64,000 bases of DNA from Obrimoposthia wandeli. Taxonomy: Eukaryota. The stretch covers positions 558,001-622,000 of the forward strand of contig CDROCS010000242.1 of NCBI GenBank assembly GCA_977020255.1. Reading direction: 5' to 3'. The notes under the pieces are model-generated. The model was not told the DNA's origin. It ran no database searches and saw only the letters and a program-made list of their open reading frames with translations. Position numbers and translations under genes: made by a program. This document shows positions 31,001-43,230 of the stretch, piece by piece. Position 1 is the stretch's first letter. Every line of letters starts with the position of its first letter.

Positions 31001-32683
31001 AAAATTGCACATAAAGAATTTCGTATCTAACTGTCTAGATCGGTCATTCCTAGATGCCTAGTCTCGCAAGTATTGCACTGCTGAATTATGTCGGGACATG
31101 GATAATAGAAAGTGTGGATGAGTTTCCCGGGTTAATTGGCTGCAGCTAATGAGTTTGGCGTTCTCAGAATAGTGAAAAATCGAGGTAGTATCAAATTGTG
31201 AATTATTTCCCCGACTGTATGTTCATGGGCAAATTAGGAATACCGGTGCATCTTGATTTAGGAGAGATTATTACAATAATCACTTTTATAAAACCTCTTT
31301 CTTCTAGATTCTATTTTTTCTGATTAACAAATTACATTCTCTATTTATCCTATTATAAGATGGGACTTACTTGCCTATAAAAGGTGTGTCTTAAACGTGT
31401 ATTCGAATTTATTCATTTCATCATCTTCTGGAATATCATTTAACTATTCGGGTCTAAATCCTGAATCAGTACTGTAAACTGCATTTTTACTAATAAAAAC
31501 TAATCAATGAAGTGAGGATATAGTTATAAAATTTACTCACAAAGATTATTTTGTTTTAATTTTCAAATATACCTATATCCTCGGCCTTGATAAAAAGTCC
31601 AAATCTGATTAACCTATATATGCTTTTCACGTAGTCAAAAAAATATGTCCATGGAACCGTTATAAATTTGAATCCAGCTTCATATTCCGTTAGGTCGTCA
31701 GTTGCAAAGAATATTCGATGAGATTTCGTGTTTATTTCGGGGAAAATAACAATCATCATCTGTTGTCATTCCAGTAATTACGTTTACTCGGCCACCACGT
31801 TTTAAGTCTTAACCATGATTTAAATAGTGTGAGTATTTTATTGTACTTTTCTTTTTGCTAAAACTTTATAGAAAGCATCTAAACGACACTTTACAATAAT
31901 TTTTAATACTCATCTTTTTCCAAACTAAGAAAGTAGAGAGCTTTCAAAAGTTGCTTGACAAAATTTATGAAGTTCGTATTTTTCCATTTTACACATTTAA
32001 ATTTTTGATTGACAGATTCAATTGTTTGTCATGTTATGAAAGAAATATTTTCGAATGCCAGTCACTCATTATTTAAGAATTTGATGCCACTATTTTAATT
32101 TTTAAAAATTACAAAGTTCAAAATTTGTAACGCTCAAATTGATTAAATAGGCGAGCATATCTAACTTCATCTTTAAGAAATGCTCATTTCTGTAAAATCT
32201 CATTGACTGAAGTGTTGTTTTTATCTGTCAAAAATATTTAACAAAATGTCATAAATTATTAAATCAGTCATATTTCGACATTTCATATTAAATGTGTATT
32301 GCTGTTATTTTATCATCGGTTATTAATTTTTTTCTGTATTAAACGATTAAAACATTTTTCATAATTAAACTACTGACAATAATAAATAGGCTGATTTTAA
32401 TAAATTATTTACTTGCACAATTACCTTCCTTTACAAATACTTAACGATTCAGGAATACTGCTTCCCGCAAGTATTCGATCGTCAGTATCTGAAACGGTTT
32501 TACAGCATATCAGAGAAGAACCAATTCGATGTGGAGCGGTACAATGACCTGCGTGAGCAATTGGCTACAGTTCAGAGCGACCAGCGCCGTTTGCGGGACC
32601 CGTTGCTACTGAATCTCCCTCTGCAGCAGCTGCCAACAGACCGCGATGAATTGGAACACGAGGTTCACACACGCCACCACTAG
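951..32683 (+). CDS. MCU: Mitochondrial calcium uniporter, 3' four exons: join(951..1055,18732..18895,23545..23748,32453..32683); 5' exons lie upstream of the window
   Basis: All four exons have AG/GT boundaries with matching phases (1,1,0,0). They splice into an open frame [25 protein letters not shown]...[14 protein letters not shown]...[24 protein letters not shown]...[16 protein letters not shown]...[15 protein letters not shown]...HTRHH*. WDIMEP is the MCU selectivity-filter motif. Exons are GC-rich against very AT-rich introns. Confidence 0.96.
1860..2960 (+). mobile_element. Decayed hAT transposase (Charlie/GTF2IRD2-like)
   Basis: [26 protein letters not shown]...GKMLKRF...[11 protein letters not shown] pattern (ORF 2188-2601), with hATC-like remnants to about 2940. 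Confidence 0.65.
5185..5870. mobile_element. hAT-like remnant copy A, internally inverted relative to copy B
   Basis: 5690-5860 matches 8290-8500 directly; 5185-5290 and 5565-5635 match 8610-8700 and 8508-8577 in reverse complement. Confidence 0.45.
6100..7850 (-). mobile_element. Decayed BEL/Pao LTR retrotransposon pol (integrase plus DUF5641-like C-terminus)
   Basis: Minus-strand motifs [21 protein letters not shown] (about 6910-6980), [11 protein letters not shown] (about 6715-6745), [20 protein letters not shown] and [19 protein letters not shown]; many stops. Confidence 0.75.
8280..8710 (+). mobile_element. hAT-like remnant copy B
   Basis: ORF 8354-8599 ends with KRSVIHKEL, a degenerate hAT HCxxHxExL motif; homologous to 5185-5870. 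Confidence 0.45.
9700..10640 (-). mobile_element. Decayed pogo/Tigger (DDE_1) transposase
   Basis: Minus strand (P)MDQGVV...[12 protein letters not shown] pattern near 9930-10110. Confidence 0.45.
10650..11022 (+). mobile_element. mariner transposase C-terminal remnant with probable right end
   Basis: LQHDHGKVH...[18 protein letters not shown]...[16 protein letters not shown] is a degenerate HDNARPH / YSPDLAPSDF / W.KCI mariner series. Confidence 0.75.
11600..12130 (+). mobile_element. hAT transposase C-terminal dimerisation-domain remnant
   Basis: ORF 11806-12009: [38 protein letters not shown]. Confidence 0.6.
12860..13200 (-). mobile_element. Unclassified DNA transposon remnant (H-x2-DCYFC zinc-binding motif)
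   Basis: The minus strand reads [16 protein letters not shown]...FPVP; the superfamily cannot be assigned by eye. Confidence 0.35.
14300..14470 (+). mobile_element. Tc1/Tc3-like transposase remnant
   Basis: HQDGT...[17 protein letters not shown], matching WPPRSPDLNPLDFFLW. Confidence 0.55.
18732..18895 (+). CDS. MCU: MCU exon (coiled coil), 164 bp, phase 1 to 0
   Basis: ctttgcag|AG TCA ACG ... GAG AAC|gttagt; peptide [44 protein letters not shown]. Confidence 0.92.
21387..21958. repeat. 16-bp minisatellite, about 36 units, with higher-order blocks
   Basis: Units such as GTGAACAAAAGCCCAA, CTGAACAAAAGCCTAA and CTGAACAAAATCCCAA; the block with TACAAAT..TAAGTAAACAAA.TACCAAG recurs three times. 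Confidence 0.9.
23545..23748 (+). CDS. MCU: MCU exon (TM1-DIME-TM2), 204 bp, phase 0 to 0
   Basis: ttacag|CAG CGT GGG ... CGC CAG|gtcagt; contains [20 protein letters not shown]. Confidence 0.97.
25066..25167 (+). repeat. 5' LTR of Gypsy element A
   Basis: TGTAGTG...TTTTACAACA directly followed by a PBS; similar to 29117-29220. Confidence 0.7.
25169..25186 (+). promoter_or_regulatory. Primer-binding site, tRNA-Ser-like
   Basis: TGGCGTCGCGAGCAGGAT is close to the complement of a metazoan tRNA-Ser(CGA) 3' end (recalled as TGGCGTCACGAACAGGAT). Confidence 0.65.
25186..27060 (+). mobile_element. Gypsy element A, decayed gag-protease-RT, truncated after the RT core
   Basis: Zinc knuckle [14 protein letters not shown]; RT motifs [35 protein letters not shown]. 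Confidence 0.85.
27075..29041 (-). mobile_element. Gypsy element B, decayed gag-protease-RT N-terminus in opposite orientation
   Basis: Protease [11 protein letters not shown]; RT motifs [25 protein letters not shown]; gag ORFs at 28395-29041. Confidence 0.85.
29117..29220 (+). repeat. Diverged 3' LTR of Gypsy A
   Basis: Shares TTGTTTTAAT.TTAATATATTTA..TGCGTAATT and the TAATTTTACAACA end with 25066-25167. Confidence 0.6.
29774..29911. repeat. 69-bp tandem duplication
   Basis: AATAGATTTTACATATTTGAGAG...AACTATTTTTT occurs at 29774 and 29843. Confidence 0.9.
31372..31997. repeat. Interspersed repeat copy 1 (about 626 bp), unclassified
   Basis: Near-identical direct copy at 34664-35293; the two copies give near-identical 67-aa ORFs in the track. 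Confidence 0.9.
32453..32683 (+). CDS. MCU: MCU terminal coding exon, ends at TAG
   Basis: gattcag|GAA TAC TGC TTC; peptide [13 protein letters not shown]...FDVERYNDL...RRLRDPL is typical of the MCU C-terminal coiled coil. Confidence 0.94.
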   Translation, partial: EYCFPQVFDRQYLKRFYSISEKNQFDVERYNDLREQLATVQSDQRRLRDPLLLNLPLQQLPTDRDELEHEVHTRHH

Positions 32684-34663
32684 ATACTACGCGGCTCTTT
32701 GAATACTGCTACTACTACTCGGGTTAGACATTTTCAATTGTGTGGCGAGCATGCTGATTTGCTAAAATCTCAGCTAAATTTTGTTTTTGATTGGTCAAAT
32801 TTTTGGCTAATGAGATTCATTCTTCCTCTGAATGTGTCTTGATTCGTCAATTCTGAACATTTATCCAAATCATTCTATCTTTGAAAGTGTTTTATTGGAT
32901 GCTTTGTGACTGGAAATTGTGGTTTGTGTGTCTGTTTATTTTGTGATATTTTGACTTTCAATTTAAGTGCGTCATTTCAATTGTAACGTATTTATTTGAT
33001 TGATAGATAATAGTGAAACCGTTTTTATTGATTATCTGTGGCCTTTTAGCAATTCATTTTCTTCCAAGCTTTAAAAAATTTACCCAATTTGAATGATTTA
33101 ATCTATTACTTACGTTGGAATTGACGCCTGTTTATTTTTCCTTTCTTTGATTCAGTTAGACAAAAAATTATTTGAATGTGAAACTTGGAATTTAAACTTT
33201 CATTTTGGGATTTCCTTTCTCACATTTTCCCACTATTAAGTCTGAAAGAAATGTGATGAAATATCCTGTTAAAGCTTAATCCCTGAGAATTTACTTTTTC
33301 ATTCTTTTGTTATTATATTAGTCAATGGTTAATCAGTGAAAGATAAAATTCAAGTATTTATTTAAATTTTTGTTTAAAAATAAAATTAGTTTGAAATGAT
33401 TCATTCATGTCTGATATTTATCGCCACAAAATGGTCATAGTACTTTTGATTTGCCTCATTTAGCTTATTTTCTATTATTTTATTCTATCATTTTCTTTTC
33501 CAGCTTACACTACATTCGGGCTTTTTGTCAATATTTTCACATACATACACACACACACTAACGTGACTTAATTTACAATGTTTATTATAAAAATTCTTAT
33601 TACTGTGATTTACAAACCAAATTTTTCGAAAAACTCTAAATAAAAAATATCCTGAATTGCTAGAAGAAACGAAATTTCCTGTTCATCAAAGTCTAATTAA
33701 ATAGCTGGCACTTTCTTCAAAGGCTTGTTTGTGATATTTGAGCTTGTTTTACTGTCTCAACCAAACGGAAAAGAATCTCCCACTTAGGAACAAATATGCT
33801 GTTTATCTTTTTAATACTATAATTACCATCTTCTTATTATTACTATAACTTTATTTCTTCAAGAACTAAAATGTGACTTTTGTAGTATTGTACTAATAAA
33901 TTTCTCGATAGATCTATGTTTGTTTTATTTTGGCACAGCATCAAAAATAAAGGTTATGTCCCGATAACACTATAGCACATAAAGTATTCATGAAAGTCAA
34001 TACCGAATTTTTAATAATTCGAATATTCTGACTTTAAATCTGAGTTTCATAAGTCTATCCACCATTTATTCGAATTATTCGGTCTCTAAATTCAGCATTA
34101 AGGGTTGTTCTTCTGCCCAATGTCAGTTTATTGTGTGAGTCATAAATAAAGATTATAGAAGTCACACTGAGTAATCAACAAATTTTTATTTAACAAAATA
34201 TGTAAACCGATTGTGTAGTTTAATTGTGAACCTGTATCTGCCTCTATGACACATTCCATTTGCTATTGCAAACTCCTCCATTAAAAAACGAGAACATTCC
34301 TGAATTATTCGCCTTAGAATCCTCCAATGTGATTTGCCTATGAGTGTGAAAAAACACGCGCCTTCAATGTTCCCAGGGCCAGTAATCCAATGGTTGTATA
34401 GGGAACCTTTCTAACCATAGATAAACAGGACGATGTGATCCTCTGAAAATACATCCCTCAGTTAATTGCGCACATGTGAACTTGTAAATGAACAAGAGTT
34501 GGGAACATCTGCAAATAGCTATCTACCGTAACAGGTAAATAAAAGAAGAATGTTGTAAATGCAAACCAAAATTCAACTTTATGTGAATGCAGAATTTTAT
34601 TCAACACATGAGCTAGATTTAATTAATTAATTAATTATTTAATATTAATTTTTACTTGGAAAC

Positions 34664-35293
34664 TGCCTATAAAAGGTCTGTCTTAAAGTGTATTCGAATT
34701 TATTCATTTCATCATCTTCTGGAATATCATTTAACTATTCGGGACTAAATCCTGAATCAGTACTGTAAACTGCATTTTTACTAATAAAAACTAATCAATG
34801 AAGTGAGGATATAGTTATAAAATTTACTCACAAAGATTATTTTGTTTTAATTTTCAAATATACCTATATCCTCGGCCTTGATAAAAAGTCCAAATCTGAT
34901 TAACCTATATATGCTTTTCACGTAGTCAAAATAATATGTCCATGGAACCGTTATAAATTTGAATCCAGCTTCATATTCTGTTAGATCGTCAGTTTCCAAG
35001 AATATTCGATAAGATTTCGTGTTTATTTCGGGGAAAATAACAATCATCATATGTTGTCATTGCAGTAATTACGTTTACTCGGCAACCACGTTTTAAGTCT
35101 TAACCATGATTTAAAGTGAATAGTGTGAGTATTTTATTGTACTTTTCTTTTTGCTAAAACTTTATAGAAAGCATCTAAACGACACTTTACAATAATTTTT
35201 AATACTCATCTTTTTCCAAACTAAGAAAGTAGAGAGCTTTCAAAAGTTGCTTGACAAAATTTATGAAGTTCGTATTTTTCCATTTTACACATT
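34664..35293. repeat. Interspersed repeat copy 2 (about 630 bp), unclassified
   Basis: TGCCTATAAAAGG...TTTTACACATT, a direct copy of 31372-31997. Confidence 0.9.
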
Positions 35294-35989
35294 GAGCCCT
35301 TTCTAATTTACACACTATGAACATAGCCATTATTTGGAATTAATCATTTGCAAACACAACGGTCAATTCAAAGAGCAAACAGAATTTTACAATGTTGTGG
35401 GTGGAATTCAGAAAATAAATTAAATAAAAATTGTTCCAACCCGTCATTCCTTTGGTAATTTCAATTTAGAAAACATATTGTATTCAGAATTTGGTCAGTT
35501 TTCGTAAATTATGAAGTATTCAATTACAGGTCTTGAACTTTTGTTACATCTTACATGAGCATATATGACAGGATAAGAAAACATATGGTCAGTACATGTG
35601 CGGAACACAGGTATATTAAACATTTATATTGAACAGTCACCTTTCACATGTATTTAAAATTCATCTCAAACGTCAAGTAGAGAGTAATTAATTATCATTT
35701 CACAACAAAAGCACACTCTTTTCTGAATAGCTATTTGTTAATTGCAATATCAATTTGTATATAAGATAAGAAAACTATATTCATAGTAAACACACGCAGG
35801 GAATATAATTCACTATAGCAATACATCGTAGTGGTGGTTTCTCAGGTTGTGACTGCATTTTCTGATTATTTCCAGAGTATTGGAAAAGTAAATATTATAT
35901 TTTCTGGTATTTCAATTTCTTCCAAAAAGAATTGATCAGAAATTTTAAATGAGTAATTTATTTTCATAATACATACATCCACTTTTCAA

Positions 35990-38900
35990 TCCTCTCCAAC
36001 TTGTCGGCTGTCAGAGCATCTACTCAATCAGGTATTCTATCCACAGTTTCTGAAACTCCACGTAACCTAAAGCAATTCCACTGGGCACAGATATGTTCTA
36101 TGACTTTACTTGAGATTTGTATTTTAATATTCTTTCTTTCTGCAGCTGAATATTTGTAAGCCTGGAAAAGTTGATTGTTTTCGGTATTCCAGAACCCAAG
36201 GGTTCCTACTCTAATTACATAGAGTTCTACCATTTTGTCACTATTATCTTTCCGCGTAGTCTCGACTAGATTCTATATTTGTCCATTGCTTTGCTGTAAC
36301 TATTATTTTGACTCATATTACTGTCATTACTCATATTACTCAAGGGAACTTTAATTTCCGCATAGTGAATGTAGGTTCTATCTTTTACCGTAATATCTAA
36401 TCTTGCTCGCTGAATATTGTCACTGTCATCCATTACCGTAGTAGTTTCTTCCATGTCAATAGTATCTCCGTCCTTTAGGGCAAGTTTAAGTAATGCATAT
36501 ACTTCTCGAACTACCATATCGTGCCTCTGTACTTTTCAGTGATGCATTTTGTAGCATCCTACTATAGCATGGGATACAGTCTCGGGTGATGGTATGTTGT
36601 TTATTTTACACCCATATCGGCAACAGTTAACTTCATGTTTACTAAATAGTGCTTTAACATCCAAGTGTCCTATTCGGGTTTTGTGTATAAACTTTAAAAA
36701 CTATATATAAAAACTATGTATAAACTATATATTAAAAAATAAGAAATTTATGAGTGAGTTTACCCTTTAGGATAAATCTGTTAATGTCCGTATCAGATGT
36801 AGCATTTCCATAAATCACCAATCCCAGTTTATCATTAATTTTTACATGCTCAGTCCTAGCAATTGCAATCTGGTTGTGGAGATTTGCACTGATTCCTTTG
36901 TTATCGATGCTTGTGAGTACGGTACTAACATTACCCTTCTTAATGCAAATTATTACTTCATCATTTTCACCATCTGTAGCTCCTCTAGAGATTATAATTT
37001 CGAGATTCAATTCATTCTTGATTTTCTTATGAGCCTCAGTATACCTTGCCCACTCATTTCTTTCCGTTGCTTGATTAACATTTTCATTTACGGCTTGGGC
37101 CAGCCAACTCTAAAAGTATCTGCATTCCGGGATTCGTTTACTTACTAAGGAGATTAGTTCAAGTTTAAAGGCTTGTTATAATCCTATATGGTTTGCATTC
37201 GTCATTTTGAAGACTTGGATTATGGTTTTATATATTAAACTCATCCGTGATACTTGGTATACCGAATCCCCCGTGATATTTGTGACCATGCAAGGTTCCA
37301 AGAGGGGTATTTTTAGGCAGTCCTGCAATTTTTCAGAGTTGTTTCCTCACTTGCGATCATAAGCGTATTTTGTAACACTTTTTGTATCTATCATTGGTGA
37401 ATCTGTCGTAGGATATGTTGTTTTGCCTGAAACTGAATACAAACTTGGAGTGTACAAAGATTTTGTACGCCGAGATTTTCTGATGAGGATACAGCCTATT
37501 GTTCATGATCTTAATAGTCATGTCAAGATTTCCCTCAATAGATCCTCGCATTTGTGTTTTGTTTCTACATTCCTGTTCATATCAAGGTACCCGCAGGCAA
37601 TATCTGTAGTTACTGCAAGTATAGGATCTCTGTAGAGTAATATCTCATTGATTTCTTTCTTTACATCTCTATTAGTGCTGACTCTGAAGGAAATTCTGAG
37701 TATTCCACATTTGCTAGGTCTGAATCTTAATTGGATCCTGGCTGCAGTATCTCCTGCAGTATCCATCATTGTCTTCAGTACAGATTTATCCTCAGCGAGT
37801 AAGACAAGATCATCTGCATATGCTAGGGTAGCAAATTGTATAGAACCAAGTTTGAACCCAGCGTTGGGTACTTTGTTCACTCCCTCAATGACGAGATTAA
37901 TACAGATATTAAATATAATCATATACAATGGACAACCTAGGTGTATACCCTTCTATATTTTTTATATCTTAATCTTAGTTTCTCCACATTGTATGTCGGT
38001 TTTGTTCTCCTCGTATATACTGTGTACAAGTTTACACATCTTCTCCGAAATGTTAACTTTCAGCATCATTCCCACGATGAAGTCTATGGTGACTTACCCA
38101 AAGGCATCAGCGATAACCAGGAACGCAACAGGACCGGATCTTTTGTTTTTGTGACACTCATTGGTGACGAGATTGAGTACTGCATTGGGCTCAAAACAGC
38201 CCTCAAACTTGTCAATGCTCTTTTGAGATGGCTGTAGAACTTTTTCTTTCCATGACCAGTTTCGTAGATCAGAAGCAATTACAGTTGACAGTACTTTATA
38301 AAGGCAACTCATACCCGCAATTGGTCTCCATGCAGAAATGTCGCTATAAGAATATTTTCTGACTTTCGGAATAAATTTGGTCCAGCAGGTTCTCCATGCA
38401 GTAGGCATGGTACTGGCTTCCAGTATCTTGTTAAACAATGACGTTATCTCATTGCAATTTCGGTCTTGTTTCCTGGTGACGGAGTATGTTATCCCATCTG
38501 GCTCTGGGGCACTGGCAGAGGCTTTCCTGAGAGGGAAACTTACCATCTTTGCAGTAACGATATTGCCCTTAAAGGAATTTCCTCCTCTCTGAAAAAAGGT
38601 CGTCATGTAATGTACTCTAATCCGTCGTTATATGTTCTTACATCTTAGTCTCAAAGAAACCAAGTATGTTTTTCTTGTCCGGCGTACTATGAATATCAAT
38701 GTTTTCAATCTTAATCTGATTGATTGCTTCTTTGGGATTTACACGATATAATTTGACAAGATCATGGCCTTTGACTGCACCTGCATTTCGGTGTTTCTAA
38801 TGTTTGTCTTTAGCATTCTCATGCTTTAATGCAAACTGTTTCTCCACAAATTTACATTCGATGCAGTTAATCTCAATCAAGATATCGCGCAGTATGTAAA
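35990..38900 (-). mobile_element. Decayed non-LTR retrotransposon of the restriction-like-endonuclease group (R2/R4/NeSL-type)
   Basis: RT motifs APEPDGI, WRPIA, CLYKV, LGCPL, AYADDLVLL (about 37810); CCHC finger CRYGC...ETVSHAIVGC followed by RHD; RLE segment RLDITV...AEIKVP; frameshifts. Confidence 0.85.
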
Positions 38901-39329
38901 TTCTTTTAAATCCATTTAGCCTGTTGTTGAATATTTGTGATCATAAGTACATACGTTCATTGATGAGAATGTTCTTTAGGGTTGCAGGGAAAGCTGGAAT
39001 GACTCAGAATATCTTCAAGTACGACTAGATCGTAAAATATGTGTTGTGATCAAGAACATAAAAGAAATTAAAATAAAAAAATATTTAAAACCTTAAATAT
39101 ATGAAAAATCTAAAAAGATTTATTAATATTAAAGTTAATTTACCTTTCTTGTTACTGTATTATTGAAAAAGCTGTTACTTAAACTAACCATCTGGGAGTA
39201 CTCAAGATTCAACTACACTCACGTTTGCAATTTGATAATCCATTGCAGCAAAACAAATTAACAAATTGGCTGCGATTCGATCTATTGCTGACTTATGTAC
39301 TTAGTCTCTTTCTGGTATCTATTGACCAG

Positions 39330-39640
39330 GTTCTAATTTTAATTGTCGATGAAATGTTAATGGATTTTCATGGATGAGTTACATTTTGCCTGTACATATC
39401 TTCAAATCCAGTAAATCCAGTATCAAAGTATATTGACTAGGTGACAAAGATAGCATGCCTCTTAGATATGTGGTGTTTATTGGGGACAGTACTTTGAATG
39501 TATAAATTTATTCCCAATAACTATCATACTCTCTAACATTAGTTATGTATTTCTGTATCATATCTTGATTAGATACTTAGCAATACTGAAGATAATAAGT
39601 TATACTTTGACTAGAAGATTATTATTAAGGTATTTCAACG
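39330..39640 (+). mobile_element. piggyBac transposase remnant, copy A
   Basis: Homologous to 40590-40820 (SNPVNP.SKYID, a degenerate KP.KYGIK). Confidence 0.55.
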
Positions 39641-40479
39641 AACAATGATATTAAAATTGTTATATTAAATTAGATATATTTATAGTACTCGTCAAGGACA
39701 TTTTAGGGGCCATAAAAATTATAATTAATTGAAAATGTATAAAACCACCAAAAATTAACATTATTTAACTCTGTATTGAAAATGGCGGAGTTAATTAACC
39801 TCAGGTGACTTCTAACTATATTACAAATAAAGATAATACATCATCCAAAATATGTTTGTCAACGATTGGATGAAACGAAATAGGAAAAGGGAAAACAGAA
39901 ATCCTCACTCATGAAAATAGAAAAAAGGGGAAAATGACTATCAATAGGTAGCAAATCGGAAGTCGACTGAATTGCCGAGTTGGAAGAAGACTACAATACC
40001 AAATAAAAGAAAGTTTGAATACCGATAATCTACCTGAAATACAAGTTAACAGTTGGTAATTTGAACTTGATGAGGTGCGTTAGTTGAAAAAATACATGAT
40101 TCAAAATAAATCTCAAGTATACTCTTTTCATAATGTATTTGACTTGTAACAGTTCCATCTTTTATTTCTGATATATTTTTTTGCCTTTTGTAAAATAACA
40201 TAAACCTACCAGTAGTAAGAGGACACAATCCCACCTCCATATATTTCATATTGCTGGTTTGAACTGTCATTGTATTTTTGTTTAACAAATTGTTCTTTGT
40301 ACATTTGATAAACTGATAAACTAAATATATATTATTTGGATTTAATAAAATTTTGATCTATAGAAGAAGACAAAGCGTTGACAAACTTCGAAAACGTAAT
40401 TTTGTAATATCATTGAATTTACAAATGATAGACTAAATGGGCTTGCTGCTGCAAAATGTTAAATTGAATAATTTTCAAA

Positions 40480-41750
40480 TATTTGAGATTGTTCCGGATA
40501 AGCCTTCCATATCAGTCCTAAATCTTTTACGACTTCATGTACGGAAAGTTTCCATTAAAAAAAAGTGTCACAAATCTGGTCCCAACAGTGCAAGCCTTCT
40601 AAACCCAGTAAATACGGTATCAAAGTATATTGGCTAGGGGACAAAGATAGGAGCATGCCTCTTAGAAGTGGGGTTTACATTAAGGATAGTTCTTTGAATG
40701 TAGAAATTCGTTGAAAGGCTAATAATTCTCCAGTATTACTTATGTATATTTCTCTTTCATATCTTAATAAGAAACGTAACAACAATGGAAATAATAAGTT
40801 ACACTTTGACTAGAACATTATCACAATGATAAAGTACATGGGTTGTAACACTGTGTAACAATAAGCGGAAGTGCCCAAACACACAAAGTGTTATTTGTAG
40901 TATAAAACTTGACACAAGGCGTTACTAGAATGTACCCGATCTAAGAGAAAAACCGTCAACTAGTACTTTTTATCGAATATGCATGCTATGTAGATGATAA
41001 ACTAGATACTGTAGAATTTCACAATAAAACCTAATGGGATGTGAATATTTAAGCTAAACTTGTACGTAATTACATCTCAAAATGTAAATCGAGACTGACT
41101 TTGCTTTGTTATTTTTATGTTTGTTGATGCGGCGTTACAAACCAAGCTTCAAACTACCTGTTGAAATTATGAAAAATCTAGATGATCACTACACATTCAA
41201 AAAAACATTCCCATATAAACTTTGCCAACTTCTAATGACATTGAGGCAGAGGCAACACAATATTTGAACAGCTCTTCTAAGAGACAATAGAAGATGCAGC
41301 CTGTGGCTGTATTCTGTTTCCTTTCCTATAATTTTAAAACAAAAAATCAAAAACGTTGCATTTTTTGTGAGAAATGTTAATAGAAAATCTCGAACAAGAT
41401 GACCAAACAGCCAAATATTTATTTGTTTGCAAAATCATATCACAAACCTTAATTGTGAATGATTTTGTGGTTTCAATTTTTAAATAAAACGTTTACTATT
41501 TTTTAGTGTGTTTATAAGGTAATTAAAACATTTTGTGGATGAGGTACATACGCATCCCAAAGGTACATAACAAATAACTAAAGGTAAGGTCATTCAGCAG
41601 TTAATTTGACTGACAAAGCTTAAAGAGGAAGCTCAGCCACTACTTTGTAATCCGGATTAAACGTCACAAAATATGAACTTAAAACGGCTTCTGGTATGGT
41701 TATAACCTAAATAGATAAATTATGTATTGGCTATTTGACTAAAAAACTTT
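40480..41750 (+). mobile_element. piggyBac transposase remnant, copy B
   Basis: PSKPSKYGIKVYWLGD at about 40595-40645; degenerate C-terminal V.LTDK...KW segment near 41600-41740. Confidence 0.65.
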
Positions 41751-43230
41751 ACAATTAACACTTCAATGCTTTCCTTATCATATGGGACTCATTCCCATGA
41801 CATTTATCACAAACTATCAAATTGTATTTCATTTTATGCTTATGACCTCCATAATAATCCTTGAATGATGTAACAGGTTAATACAAAATCAGGATGTTTA
41901 ATGAAATTAATGTATCAAATTATAAATCGAATGAAAATAAGTATTTTGCTTCTATGAAAATTCTCTTAACATGCACATTTACATTTGAAATATTTATAAA
42001 ATTCTTTTCAATATAAAATAAAACTATAAATTTTGTTTGTTCACTTTACTTTTGAGCAAAATATCCAAATCTCTATTATTATCCCACTTTTCAATGGAAG
42101 TCCGTGTTTAGCTATGAAAGTCAATAAAGACAATCAGCATATAAAGTGTTATAAATAAATTATTAAATTGTTTTAATAGAATTAAGAATAATAATAACAT
42201 TTTAAATCTTAAATATTCATGTCAATAAATGTTGACCTTCGTTGCTATGTTTGTAGTCAAAGAAATAAATTAAGATTCTTACATTTACTGTTTACTATAA
42301 AAATAAATATAAAAAAGTATTAATTCTTAACTGACATTCAGGTCCTTTAAGAAACCGATGCATTTTCAAATGATCAATAATCTTATATTTTTGATCAAAT
42401 TAATTAATTTTTCTTTGAGAATTAGTTTTTAAAATGTATACATAATATATTAGAAGACATTTTTGTTTACGTCCCCTACTTGTAAATAAATAGTAGTTAA
42501 TCAGTTTATTATTTTTGAGGTGTCTTACGACGCAATATGCAGTTATATTTATACATATTTTTAGTCATCTATAGGCACAATTCTAACAATAACTATTAAA
42601 ACGTTACTTTTTTTAAATTATATTGTTATTATTAATTTAATTTCAATTTGTTAGCTAAATATATTGAGGATTTTACGAACTCAAAAATCCACAATCAGTT
42701 TATATAGTATTATCAAAGAAATAAAATAAATTATTAAATGTAAATCAACGAGGAAATAATTTTGTTACTATTATCGGTCAATTCGTTTAGTTTTTCCATT
42801 ATTCATATTTTATTTGAGATGAGAGTGTTACTATTATTAACCCCTTTGAGTTGGGCAAATATTGCATATTTGTCTTTAGTGTCTTTCTAAACATATTATA
42901 TATATATATGAATTTCTAATTTGAAAAACACAAATATTATTTTGGTTTGGAACTTTTGAAAATTATTTTTATGATTTTATAATCATATGAATAAATCATT
43001 AAATCTTTTGATATATTTTTAAATGAATTTCGTAAGTTTATCTAATATTTCCATCGTTTCCTCTGAAGCTATTGAAATTCAAACTGAAAATCAAGATGGT
43101 GAAAGTGAAGTAATTCTCTGTTTTAGCTGTTGTTGTCAAACCCTGATTTCAGCTTTCAAAACGCAAATCGGAATTATCCGTTCTTTTGATGATAGATGAT
43201 CTGAAGGAAATTAATGGCAAATTAAAAAAT

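Noticed and set aside
37423-38648. Plus-strand ORFs over the non-LTR element
   Set aside because: Antisense to the RT coding region
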